Source: Octopus vulgaris
Lineage: Eukaryota
Direction of reading: 5' to 3'
Assembly (NCBI GenBank): GCA_951406725.2
Contig: OX597818.1
Span: 106,516,001-106,580,000 of the forward strand
Length of the DNA: 64,000 bases
Shown: in pieces, positions 51,291 to 64,000 of the stretch
Layout: every line of letters begins with the position of its first letter
Numbering within the stretch: the stretch's first letter is position 1
Program-made: the position numbers and the translations under genes
Notes under the pieces: model-generated
What the model was told of the DNA's origin: nothing
Database searches by the model: none
Seen by the model: the letters and a program-made list of their open reading frames with translations, nothing else

Positions 51291-51563
51291 AAGATGTGGG
51301 TGTGTTATTGGTTGTATGGGTGTGCATGCTTGTATGCTTGTGTATGTGAGAGCATGTGTGACTGCTACATATGTGTGCATGTGCAAATATATTTGGGGCA
51401 CAAGTATGGATGTGTGTGTGTGTGCAATGTGTGTATATATATACTTCTGTTATTTATGTTTGCAGGTGTGATAGATGAATGCTGCTGTGGCAGATTTATG
51501 TATATGAGGGTGATGCATAAGAATGTATTCATGTGAGTGTGTAGGTGTGTCTGTAAGTGTTCA

Positions 51564-51598
<35 letters not shown>

Positions 51599-51643
51599 AT
51601 ATGTGTTTATTTATGTGTGCATGTGCACACACACACACATATA

Positions 51644-51682
<39 letters not shown>

Positions 51683-51748
51683 CAGGAAGCTTTACGAAAA
51701 TAAACAAAAAACGAAGGCAGGTGGAGTACAAACAAACAAATTGTATTA

Positions 51749-51946
<198 letters not shown>

Positions 51947-54084
51947 TTATTTACCTAACTAAAACAGTGCATTTAATAATAAGGTTGAGTCCAAAATATA
52001 TCATCAAATAGGGCTGTTCATCCCTTAGTCTTGGTCCATCTGATCCAGAGCAAGTTGCAGAACATTTGCTGAAAATTTCTGAGATGCTCCCATACAAGCT
52101 TGTGTGATCCTTTAGCCATTGGCTCAGCTGATATGAAGCTAAAAAAAATCTCTTCAACACAAAGAAACAAGGTTTTCCTGTAACTATCATCATCATCATC
52201 ATCATCAGCTTCATCCTTACAACTGTAACAACATCAACTCTCAACTACATTTTGTTACAAGCACACACACACATACAATTTATTGTTGCACAAACCTTGC
52301 TGTTAACATTTTACCCAAGCATTTTACTGAGTTTGTAGAAACTCAGTTTAGTTTTTAATAAATGTAATGTTTTTTATGTCTGTTGTAAAAGACTCACCTT
52401 GGTTTCTTTTATTAAATGCTTTCAACATATACAATATTCTTCCTGTAAAATATTCTAACATCAAACAGTAGTTCTACCATACAAGTTATTACTTTACACC
52501 CGTCAATGACTATGGGAGAAGAATGGATTGGACTAGATTGAAAAAATGAAAAATAAGGTATTTATTTTTATTTTAGCTTTGAAAGATAGAATAATATTGG
52601 CTGAATCTAATGGCTACCTCACACTTCTAAAACCAAAAAATAAGTAAACTGTGAACAAAAACAAACTAAATCACTAAACAACCGTGAAAACATTCTGTCA
52701 ATTCAATAACTGTAGTCGCGTTTATTTGTTTCTAACATTACAACTTAAGCCGGAGATTTTTTGTGAGAATACTTCAAAGCTACTATTACCAAATCTCTTT
52801 GGTTCAAAAGAACTACAAAAAAGTAATTTCTTTTCAAAACACTAAAATAATTACGAATTTATTAATTCGAAATTACATTCTAGTTTACACAGCCAGACAT
52901 GTTAATCAACAGGAATACAGAATGAACACCAAAATCAAAACAGATTTTGGCAATCGGTTTAGCAACGGTTTAAATAGCAGAACTCAGTGCATCTCTCAAA
53001 ATCCTTCCCCTTCCCAAAAACTGTATATGATCCAGTTTAATATGATTCTCTATTAAATCTGACGCCAAATGTATTGACAAGGAATATAAATGCCCCTTCC
53101 CTCCCAATTAATGGCAAAAGAAAGAAACTAAAAGCACTTTCCATTCACTTTGTTGGTAAGTGGGTCTAGAGTTGGGAAAAAAAATCTAAAACTAACTACA
53201 AGATGATGTATCATTCCAAACAGATGTTTAGCTCAGAACATAAAAAAATAACACTTGCTCAAAAAAATGCTTTCTTTAAAAGATTTTCAGTGGGGGAGGG
53301 GGTGTTGTACGCCTGAATAAATAATGCTACAAAGAATCTTCATTGAATATTTCACCAAGACTAAACTAATTTAAGGAAAACAAACAGGGAAGCATTTGGG
53401 AACTTCCACAAGTTATTTATTTAGAAGTGCCACATTGTGTGTAAAATATAGGTGTAGATTGTATGGGAAAGCCACAGTATGTTTGTGTATGAATACGTCA
53501 ATTCATGTGTTAGTATGACTTTACTTAGATCTATGTAATGTGAATTGTCATATGAACATAAAGTTGCGAATGCATGTCATATAGTCTATTTTATATTCTT
53601 CCACAATATGTATTTGAATGAATTCATATGCAGGTATGCGGATATATGTGTGATTTATGACCATGCGGTGTTATTATGAAGCAGTATTGTAAAACAAGAT
53701 GAGAATAGTTAACTGGGAAAGTTAAGTGAGCAGAAGAAGATAGAAGACAGACAAGTAAATGAAGGCAACTGAGAGAAGAAGAGAGAGCTTTAGTGATGGA
53801 CATTGAGATCTTCTGTAGACTTACAACATGTCTGACACTTAAAAACCATTAAAAAGAAAAACATGCTATCTAGGTGAATGAATATATATTGGCAGATTAC
53901 CAGAGACAGCTAGTTTAATATTATTTGACCATGTTAACGTGCATGCGCACACACACACACATCCGCACACACAGACACACACACATCCACACACACAGAC
54001 ACACACACATCCACACACACAGACACACACACACATATACATACATACATACATACGCATACATATAAACATACATATATACAA

Positions 54085-54880
54085 GTTAATGTCACCCACA
54101 TATTGTTTTGCTGATGAACCAAAGCTATATTCTGGTAAAGTAATCAACGTTTGGAGACAGAAATAGTCAGAACATTCTCATGAGATATAGGAATGCAGTT
54201 GGGGCAAAAGACAAAAGCTTGTACACGATAGTCAACCGAGGAAAGATTGTCAACCAGACAGAAGACATGTACATCAATGGCTTGTCTCTCTTCGTGATCT
54301 CTAATGAAGAAAACACCTTGGAATGGATGAGAATGTTGCCTACATTGGTGCAGTGACTAAAGCCAGAATAATAAAAGAGTACTTCTGTAGATTCCGGAAA
54401 ATATGGAACTCAGAGCTGTCTGCATTTAACAAGACCATATCTCACAATGCTTTTGCAGTACCAGTGCTAGTGCCAATGTTTGAGATATTGGACTGGACAC
54501 TCAATGAGATACACAGCCTGGACATCAAAACCAGAAAGGTACTGACCACCACTGGCGATTTCCACATTACCAGCAACACCAATAGAATTCAGGTGAGAGG
54601 AAGTGATTTTTGGTAGAGGTATAAGGTCAGTGCAAACAGCCTCTCAATGCTGCAGACAACACCTGCTGAGCAGGAAAGAAAGAAATGAGTATCTTCCATG
54701 CATACTCGAAAGTGAGAGCAACAACATTCTTCAGAGTTGGAGAAGAACTACTGTGCAAGTACTCTGAGAATATATAACTGTCTCATGGACCCCAAAGGAG
54801 GCTGGACTGGTCGACCTAAACAGAAGCTTGGAGGAAAAGCAGGCATCATACCAGCAAAAAGCAATGCATGGGTAGAGAAC
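54085..54880 (+). mobile_element. Decayed R4/Dong-like LINE RT fragment
   Basis: FADEPKLY, FSHEIGMQLG, EYFCRFRKIWNSELSAFNK.ISHNAFAVPVL..F.ILDWT..EI.SLDIKTRK.LT, RGIRSV, KAMHG; typical of the post-YMDD region of RLE-type LINEs. Confidence 0.8.
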
Positions 54881-56630
54881 CTGTAAGCTATGGAGAATGC
54901 TGACAACTATTGAAATAAAAGGAAGAGAGTTGGCTGGGAGAAACAGCAATAAAAAGCCTCTTGCTGGTTAAGGAGTAAAAGACAGGAACTGGAACCCATA
55001 AGAGGAATATGGGTAGTAATTTGGCAGCAGATCATTGTGTTTCAGGGCCAAAACACTCAAGGATTATTGGACATTCTGTGATGATATCAATTCCTCTTGG
55101 TTAAAGGCAACAAACACCAAATTGGAGAAGTAACATCCTTTCCATAGAATTATTCAGTCCTTATGTGTGTGTGTGTGTGTTAGATATAACAAGTAAAAGA
55201 ACCATTGAATGTAGATGTTCCCTGTGTATACAACTTCAGTTTTAAATAAATATTTTAGGTTACATTCTAATGAAATTGAAAATTTCTGACTGCTGTATCA
55301 GTTGAACTCTCAATTATCACCAACCAATAATAACATCACCATCATTATATTGCCATATTTGTCTGCCACCTGTCTTCTTTCACCAATTCAACCATTCATA
55401 AGCTTTCTCTCTCCCTCCCTCCGTCCCTCTCTCCTTCTCTCTATTCCTCTCTCTCTTGTTCGTTATGTATTATGTCAATGCACAATTATGATTAACTGTG
55501 ACTGAAGACTTCAACTTCAGACTAACTTGTAACATTCTTTTCTTTTGACTGTGTCTTACAAGATTTTAATCTCCAAGATGGCTACTGGAGGACTTGCGAT
55601 TACTTTGCACGTTATCTCTGCTGACAGTAAACTAACTTTCCATGATATATTTAACTGAACCCTCAAACTAAGGAGTTCTGCTTAGAATCAATAGTGTAGC
55701 CCTTCTTAAAATCACCAATGAGAACCACACACTTTCATGTTTATAAACTAATTCATTGAGAACAACAATGTTGATCCTTTTCAGCAATTGAAACAGAGAG
55801 AGTGAGAGACAACTGATTCTGTATTTATTGAAATTGAATTGTTAAACCATGCAGGAGAAGCAATAACAATCATAAAAACGATCTCATTGCTATTAGTTTG
55901 GGTGATGATAAATAAAATTATAAGTACAGTGTTTTACAGCCACTTAAAAGAGAAATACAACAGATTAAAAGTTTCACTACCAACAGTCACTGAACCATTC
56001 CTATTTATGGAAGAATCTGATATTTAACATAAGGCTTGGTATTTTCCAATATCTCAAAGAGTATTAGAGAACCAGATATTGCTGTAATATTGCATAGATG
56101 ACTGAATGCATGTGTGTATAAAATGCGTCTTTATTCCAACTTGTATATGTGAGTCACAAAGGAGAGAGAAGAAAACCCCTCCAAGTAATTTACAAAGAAT
56201 TTTAACTGAAAATAGGTTATGTCCTTTCCTTTGTTGTTATACAGAATATTGTGGCTAGCTTTACTTTCTGTATATGTCAGTGAACAGGAAAGAATTTAAT
56301 TCTTTAAAAAAAAGTCACCCTCAAAACCAGTCGTCTTAAAGACAGAGTCTAAAATCTGAACCTTAAGATGTTAGTATCACTAACGGTGACAAAGAAAAGT
56401 GTAAAATATTCACTTAGCTCCTACAGTCCTGCCGTTAAATATTTTCTACTGAAACTTAACAGACATGTTTATGAATCTGGATTAATGTTATATTAAAGCA
56501 AAAATATATTATAAACCCATTTAACAGACCTGGACACAACAAAACTTGTTTCAACACACAAATTCACATAAAGAATCAAGCAAACCACATACAAAAATGA
56601 AATAAATAAATACATATATAAATATATATA

Positions 56631-56770
56631 TAAGGTTGTCCCAAAAGTTCGTAGAAAGTCTTGGAAAATAATGGTCTTTATTTTGAGGAATAATTTTTGT
56701 TGTTTTGTTAGTACTTGGCGAGTAAAAATTCAATTTTCGCAAGTGTTTACGAACTTTTGGGACAACCTAA
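56631..56770. mobile_element. 140-bp Tc1/mariner MITE
   Basis: TA-flanked TIRs t(a/t)aggttgtcccaaaagttcgta / tacgaacttttgggacaacctaa. Confidence 0.85.
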
Positions 56771-57404
56771 TATATAGGTGTGTTTCTGTAATAAATACAT
56801 TCAGTAAATATAACAGTTTTATTACCCAAATACAAATGAAGCCCATCCATGAGAATAATCAAATGAATTAGAGTAGATGAGACCAAAGACAAGAGGAAGC
56901 AATCTGAATACAATCCTAAAGATAGTCTCAGGAAGGAAAACAGGGTTTGCAAATGAAAAGAAAAAAACCCACATGCATTGTACTTTGTCCAATGTATATC
57001 AAAATAGGTCTGTGGTAAAAGAACTTGGTGATAAGGATGATGTTTGAATTGTGACAGAAGAGGAAACCTGTAATTAACAGAGATGTTCAGACCCTTTATT
57101 TTGGACACATGAATATTTATATATTGCCACAGTTTGGAAAGAAATCAACTCAGCAGTGTAAATGTTGACTTACAGAAATGGAGAAAAACATTACAAGGAA
57201 CAATAATTAGAACTTAAATGTAAAATGGATGGTTTTTTTGCCATTGAAGACTTCAGTTTGATGTGTGTGATGATAGCGTTGGTCAGAGTTTGTAGGTGTT
57301 AGGTATTAGGTAGAGTTGGAGTAACTAAGTTGAAGCAGCCTTATCATTCTAATTAACAGCTCTGAATTATAGTATTTAATGTTTTTAATCAGCAACTAAT
57401 ATGT

Positions 57405-58235
<831 letters not shown>

Positions 58236-59405
58236 AGTTACAGATAAATGTATGCACACACATACTTTGACAAGCATAATCACATACACTTGGAAAGTTA
58301 TACACCCACATACAGGACTGCATTGATGTATACATGTGCAGGTGTATACACTTAGCAATGAGTTAATTAAGCAGAAATAATTTGTAATGAACACAACAGG
58401 AATTGATTATTGATTATTGATCGGCAGAAAATTGTGGTGCATTTGAAGGAGTTGACTGGTGTACAAGAGACACAAGGACTAATTAATCGATAAATCAAAT
58501 TAGTTCAATATAAAAATATTGAGTTGAAATATGATTAGCCATTTGAAACAGATGAGTTGATATGTGTTGCATGTATAGGGAGAGAAAAGTATTTGGGACA
58601 GAACTGCAATAATCGCTGGTATCAGAACAATTTAATCCTCACAGTTGTGGATAGCAGTGAGAAAATTGATACTAATGTAATGTTAGATATTGAAATTTAT
58701 CCATGTCAATGTGGATGAATGATTGTTAAGCCGTTGGTGAGGAGTTTGAGGCAATTTTGTTGACTTTTTATTTCATTAAAATTTACATTATATCAGACAG
58801 TTTTATACAATTATGCAAGCTAATACAATATTACACTAGTTGAAGTTTATTTCAACCAACAGCAGTATTTGCTGGTGTGAAGAGATTAGAAGAGAGAAAC
58901 GGGTGTAGTCCAGAAGCTGAATGCACTTACAGTCTAGGTTAGTGCCTTGTGTGATGTATTAAAAACCAATTCCTGGTGCTATTAGAATGTACAGCAAAAT
59001 AATTTATTGCTAAATGTGAAACCCATAGAAGTCTGGAAATGGGCTGTTGCATTTAAAATTTCATAATAATGGATTAAAATTGATTCAGAAAGTTTGATAA
59101 AAACTACCATCCCCTTTTGATGGTACAGATATTTTAATAAAACTTAACAATCAATTTATTTTCCTACAACAACTAATATCAGCAACTTCCATTTCCCTTA
59201 TACTATCACCGAAAAATGAAAAGAAAGCATTCAGAAGTCATTCTAACTATATCAAAGTTTGTCAAGGTAGCATGAGACATTATCTGGGTGGAACATGGGT
59301 TACTTCAAAATGGGAACTAAAGAAATAGTAAGTCAGTAAAACTTACAATGAAAGGGTTTGGGACAAAAATGGCTGAGAAATGACTGGTTTGTATCATGGA
59401 ATATA

Positions 59406-59816
59406 TTACTCTTTTACTCTTTTACTTGTTTCAGTCATTTGACTGCGGCCATGCTGGAGCACCGCCTTTAGTCGAGCAACTCGACCCCCGGACTTATTCT
59501 TTGTAAGCCCAGTACTTATTCTATCGGTCTCTTTGGCAAACCGCTAAGTAACGGGGACGTAAACACACCAGCATCGGTTGTCAAGCAATGCTAGGGGGAC
59601 AAACACAGACACACAAACATATACACACACACTTATATATATATACATATATACGACAGGCTTCTTTCAGTTTCCGTCTACCAAATCCACTCACAAGGCA
59701 TTGGTCGGCCCGGGGCTATAGCAGAAGACACTTGCCCAAGATGCCACGCAGTGGGACTGAACCCGGAACCATGTGGTTGGTTAGCAAGCTACTTACCACA
59801 CAGCCACTCCTGCGTC
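59406..59816 (-). mobile_element. Full-length, CpG-retaining tRNA-derived SINE, family 1 (best-preserved copy)
   Basis: Minus: A box tggctgtgtgg, B box ggttcagtccc, gggcaagtgtcttctgctatagccccggg, internal TA/TG run, tail ggcggtgctccagcatggccgcagtcaaatgactgaaacaagt(aaaagagt)n. Confidence 0.9.
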
Positions 59817-61028
59817 TATAACTTACTTTATAAAAATGAGAATTTAATAAAAGACTCAAACTGAAACATAGGTCAATGTTATCCAACACTTTTACTTTGT
59901 GATAGAATCTGTATTCATGATAAAGATTTCTAACTTTACTATGATGCCATACAAGTGATGTACTCTGTATTAAATGGATCCATGAGGATGTATTGCTAAG
60001 TTAAATGATTAAAGGTATAAGATTTGAATTTGAGATGTACAACAAAATGAAATGAGTTTTGATGAGCTCTTTTACTGATTCCCATAAGAATGATTTTTAG
60101 CATAAGCACAAGGACTCAAATATTGAGGAAGAAACAATTTCAGTGATCTCAGTACTTGACAAGCTCTTCATCAATTCTAGAAGGATGAAAGACAAGATTT
60201 TACTGTAGTGGTATTTGAATTCAGAACATAAAAGCACAGAAGTGAATACCACAAGGCCTTTTGTTTGCTGTTCAATGGATTCTGTCATTCCCTGTCCTCA
60301 CTGACTGTAATGGTGATTTTCATCAGAAGCAAAAAGCCATAAATTTAGGGGAGGGGTGTCAGGTGACTGAATCAACTTGAATACCTGACTGGTTGTACTT
60401 ATTCTATGGAACCTAGAGAGGGTACAATGTTGTCCCTGATAGGATTTGAACTCAGAACATAAATAAATATAACAAAGCAATTTGCTCAATGCTCTACTAA
60501 ATTTACCATTTCTCAACTATGATATCAATAAGAATCAATACCAATAAAACAATGATTTCAAAAATGGAAAAAAAAATTTTTTTTAATTCTCACCTTAACG
60601 CAAGGTGAAATGTTTTTAGTACAGAAGAGTATAACACAATGCAAATAAATCCTTATGTGGATACCTGATACTTATTTTACCTGCAATCAAAAGGGGGAAA
60701 TCTATTTAAATGCAAAACCTGTAGGGAGGATGAAAATTAAGATATTGCAGAGTTTGTCAGAAGCTATACAGTGTCTGAAGTTTCACTGTCTTTTATGCAT
60801 AAAATCAATAATAATAATGATAATAATAATAATAATAATAATGATGATGATGATGGTGGTGGTGGTGATGGTAGTAGTAGTAGTAGTAGTAGTTATTACT
60901 ACCAAATTTCAATACAGACAAAATAATGTTTAACTTGTTCCGTTATTGTAAATGTTGAAAATAAACTCATTCATAATTCTTCATAGACAAGAAATAAGAA
61001 GTTGTTTTGGCCTTCTCTCCATTCACTT

Positions 61029-61090
<62 letters not shown>

Positions 61091-61217
61091 TGATGTAATT
61101 GAGTTTATAGTGGAAGCCACTTCTTGTGATTAGTTTGGAATGATGCCTTTTGATAAAAGGTAATAATGGCTGATAGCATTAACCATTAACACAAATTCAC
61201 CTATGTGGGGGTGGGGT

Positions 61218-61261
<44 letters not shown>

Positions 61262-63056
61262 CAATAAACTTTTTATCATAAGTTAGTAACTTCCACATGA
61301 CATCTTCCTATTCTAGCTCAGCTGTGCAAATAAATACTGCCTCTCAGATACACACAGACAATGTTTATCATTAAATAGGGTCTATGTACCTATAAACAAC
61401 TCATAAGAGGCTGAATGCTGAATATTGTAGAAATATTCGGTTGTCTTCAAGAAGACATCTCTGTTGAGTGACTCGGGATGAATTGAATCTATCCATAATA
61501 GACATTATGACAAAAATTAGTGAAAAAGACTGAGATATATTTTGGAAGGTAACCCTCCTGGAATGAAATCATGAATAGTGAAGGTATTTGGTCTTCCTAA
61601 GTGACTGAAATATTGGTAAACTGTAAATCTTGTGATGCTAAGGACATTGCTGAGAAGCAGTGCTTCCTTCCATCAACTAATTTTCTTGAAATGGCACCAG
61701 TGTTGTAGGAAAGCTGATGATATTGCTATGGTCATCATCAGATTGGGAATTGAAGAAATCATATTTAAAGTACCATTGCCGAGCTTCATATAAGCAAAGG
61801 TTGCACAAATTAATGAAACTGAACTCATAACAGGAAAAATTGAAATATTTAAGAAGCTGTAAGAATATTTGAGATATTAGAAACACTTTTTAGGTAAGAT
61901 GATCACCAGTGAGATTAAAGTGAACAATTTAGAGAAGATTTTGTCTGATTATGAAAATCTTAAGAGTCACACTATGTAAAACAAAAGAGGTTCATGGAGT
62001 TCATTGTTGAGAAAGCTCTATAGTTAGTTAACTTATGAACCGAGGCAACATCCAAATCTTCTTTCATATTTACAAAAGGAACCAGCCCTAAATCTTCAAA
62101 TAATATTCACATATCGATTATCAACTTAGGCAAAAAGGTTACAGAGTTTATTGTGGGCCAGGGACCTGTTTATTGGATTGACTTCCGTATTTCACTGGAC
62201 TTATTTCATGAAATCTGGAATAGTGAAAAGCAAAGCAGAATACAAAATGCAAAACAGATATCATTAGATAATGTAATGTATGTTTGATGCTCTACCGATT
62301 TCTTCTAATCCTCCAATCTTCAAATATTTTAAACAGGATAGCCCCACCCAGGTATAGCCGTGGCTGAACAATCAAAGCCTTTACAGATAAAACTTAGGTG
62401 TTATGGGAATGGAAATTTAAGAATCAGATATTCAAATGGTGTTTTGGTAGAATGAAAATCATCCGAATAAAATCGCATTTCAACCATTAACAACTGAAGA
62501 GGGATGATGTTAATGATGTAAAGGACAAATAGTATAATGATGAGTCTCATCTGGGATTCATCAATATAGATTCGACCAGAAATTGGAGTGAGGATTGAAT
62601 GGTCAAAGAACTGAGATGTCAAATCAATATTTACTATCATCAACAAGAGATGACACAAAGTAAATTGAGAAAATAAGTCTTTAATTTGAAACAGACATTA
62701 ATTAGAACAATTTTACAGGAAGTAAACCATTAAATTGAGTTTAACATTGGGAATTAACATTGGGTCATTCATAAAGCTGGATAAAAATTGTCAGAGAATT
62801 TGGTTGAGAAGAGAGAGAGACATAGAGAGAGAAAGAGAGGTGGAGGAGACAGGAGGAAAGAGTGTGTGTGCGCTTTGTCAAATATTTATTTCTAACTACA
62901 TTTATCGAAATAGCGTTGTGGAAAAATATTTTATCAACACATTTATCAAATTAAGGTGTATATGTGTATGTACTTGTATGTATTTGTGTGTGCATGCATA
63001 CAGGCATACACACACACACATACACATGCATCCCTGCTTATACATACGCAGATGTA

Positions 63057-63215
63057 GGTGCAGGGTGGCTGAATGGTTAAGAAGTTCACTTCAAAACCAT
63101 GAGGTCTTGGGTTCCATTCGACTGTCTGACACCCTGGCCAAATGCTTTTTCTGTAGCCCTGCACTGATCACACCTTGTGAATGTAATTGGGTTGATGGAA
63201 ACTGTATAAAAGCCC
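63057..63215 (+). mobile_element. SINE 5' half (tRNA-like head)
   Basis: ggtggctgaatggttaagaagttcac...gggttccattcg...accctggccaaatgc...accttgtgaatg..ttggg..gatggaaactg. Confidence 0.65.
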
Positions 63216-63439
63216 ATCAGGTGGATTTACCTGTTGTCCAAAAGGTAAAGCCTGATCACACACACTGACGGGCTGCTTCGGCATGAGAATTTAGTTAAAG
63301 GTGAACAGAGTTGTAGAATATTCAGCCACTTAGGTGTTAATTTAGCGGCAGGTAACTCAGTGGATTGACCAATAGGGTTCTCATTATAAAACAAGGGAGG
63401 CTCAATAGATCCATCCATCCATCCATCCATGTACGCATG

Positions 63440-63567
63440 TATATCTATCTATCTATCTATCAATCAATCTATATCTATATCTGTCTGTCTATCTATCTAT
63501 CTATCTCTCTACCTGTCTGTCTATCTATCTGTCTGTCTATCTATCTATCTGTCTGTCTCTCTACCTG

Positions 63568-63666
<99 letters not shown>

Positions 63667-63691
63667 GTCTGTCTGTCTGTCTCTCTATCTC

Positions 63692-63726
<35 letters not shown>

Positions 63727-63730
63727 GCCT
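63440..63730. repeat. (TCTA)n/(TCTG)n microsatellite
   Basis: Direct reading. Confidence 0.95.
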
Positions 63731-63837
63731 ACCTATATACACAAGTACTTCTTGAAATGCATATGTATGCCTATAAATCTTCATATGTAAATATGTATGC
63801 ATTACAGCTGCTTTCTTCTCTCACCTACACATTTACA

Positions 63838-63885
<48 letters not shown>

Positions 63886-64000
63886 TGCATATTTTGTTAT
63901 CTCAAGACTCCAATGTCTTTCTCTAATACTTGTTATATATTCCTATTTTGTCATAAATGCTTCCTTTTGACAGAATAAAATGAATGTGGTTCATCCGTAC

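Noticed and set aside
61207-61221. G-run clusters (also ~19941 and ~46926) as G-quadruplex candidates
   Set aside because: Short or incomplete run sets, mostly at microsatellite or SINE edges; no functional context.
62401-62658. ORF with a cadherin-like snippet (ILTPISGRIYI)
   Set aside because: Lacks LDRE, DxNDN and DxD motifs and splice support; cannot be called a protocadherin fragment.
63057-63135. tRNA-like sequence with A and B boxes (also at 17050 and 59740-59816)
   Set aside because: No full cloverleaf, and it continues into SINE body; these are SINE heads.
63365-63790. 141-aa (LSIY)n ORF
   Set aside because: Translation of (TCTA)n.

Overview
AT-rich, repeat-dense animal genomic DNA. 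The repeat complement (RTE-clade LINE with a (GAT)n tail, several tRNA-derived SINE families, mariner and piggyBac MITEs, a Helitron, long (AT)n/(AC)n/(AGAT)n tracts) resembles octopus/cephalopod DNA; this is inferred from repeat style, not from a database match. No intact protein-coding gene, RNA gene or CRISPR array is supported. Most ORFs in the track are microsatellite translations or decayed transposon ORFs. Clear mobile-element remains: three RTE ORF2 fragments with a PHD-type zinc finger inside the reverse transcriptase, two R4/Dong-like LINE pieces (one in a (TAA)n tract), a CR1/L2-like LINE end, mariner derivatives, two TTAA-flanked piggyBac MITEs, a non-autonomous Helitron and probable Penelope remnants with degenerate hammerhead-like motifs. 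Several short minus-strand segments with good splice sites may be exons of the 3' end of an unidentified host gene; this is tentative. I see no convincing new biological system. The best leads are the RT-embedded PHD finger, a LINE/SINE shared 3' stem-loop with a compensatory change, the hammerhead-like fold-backs and the candidate exons.
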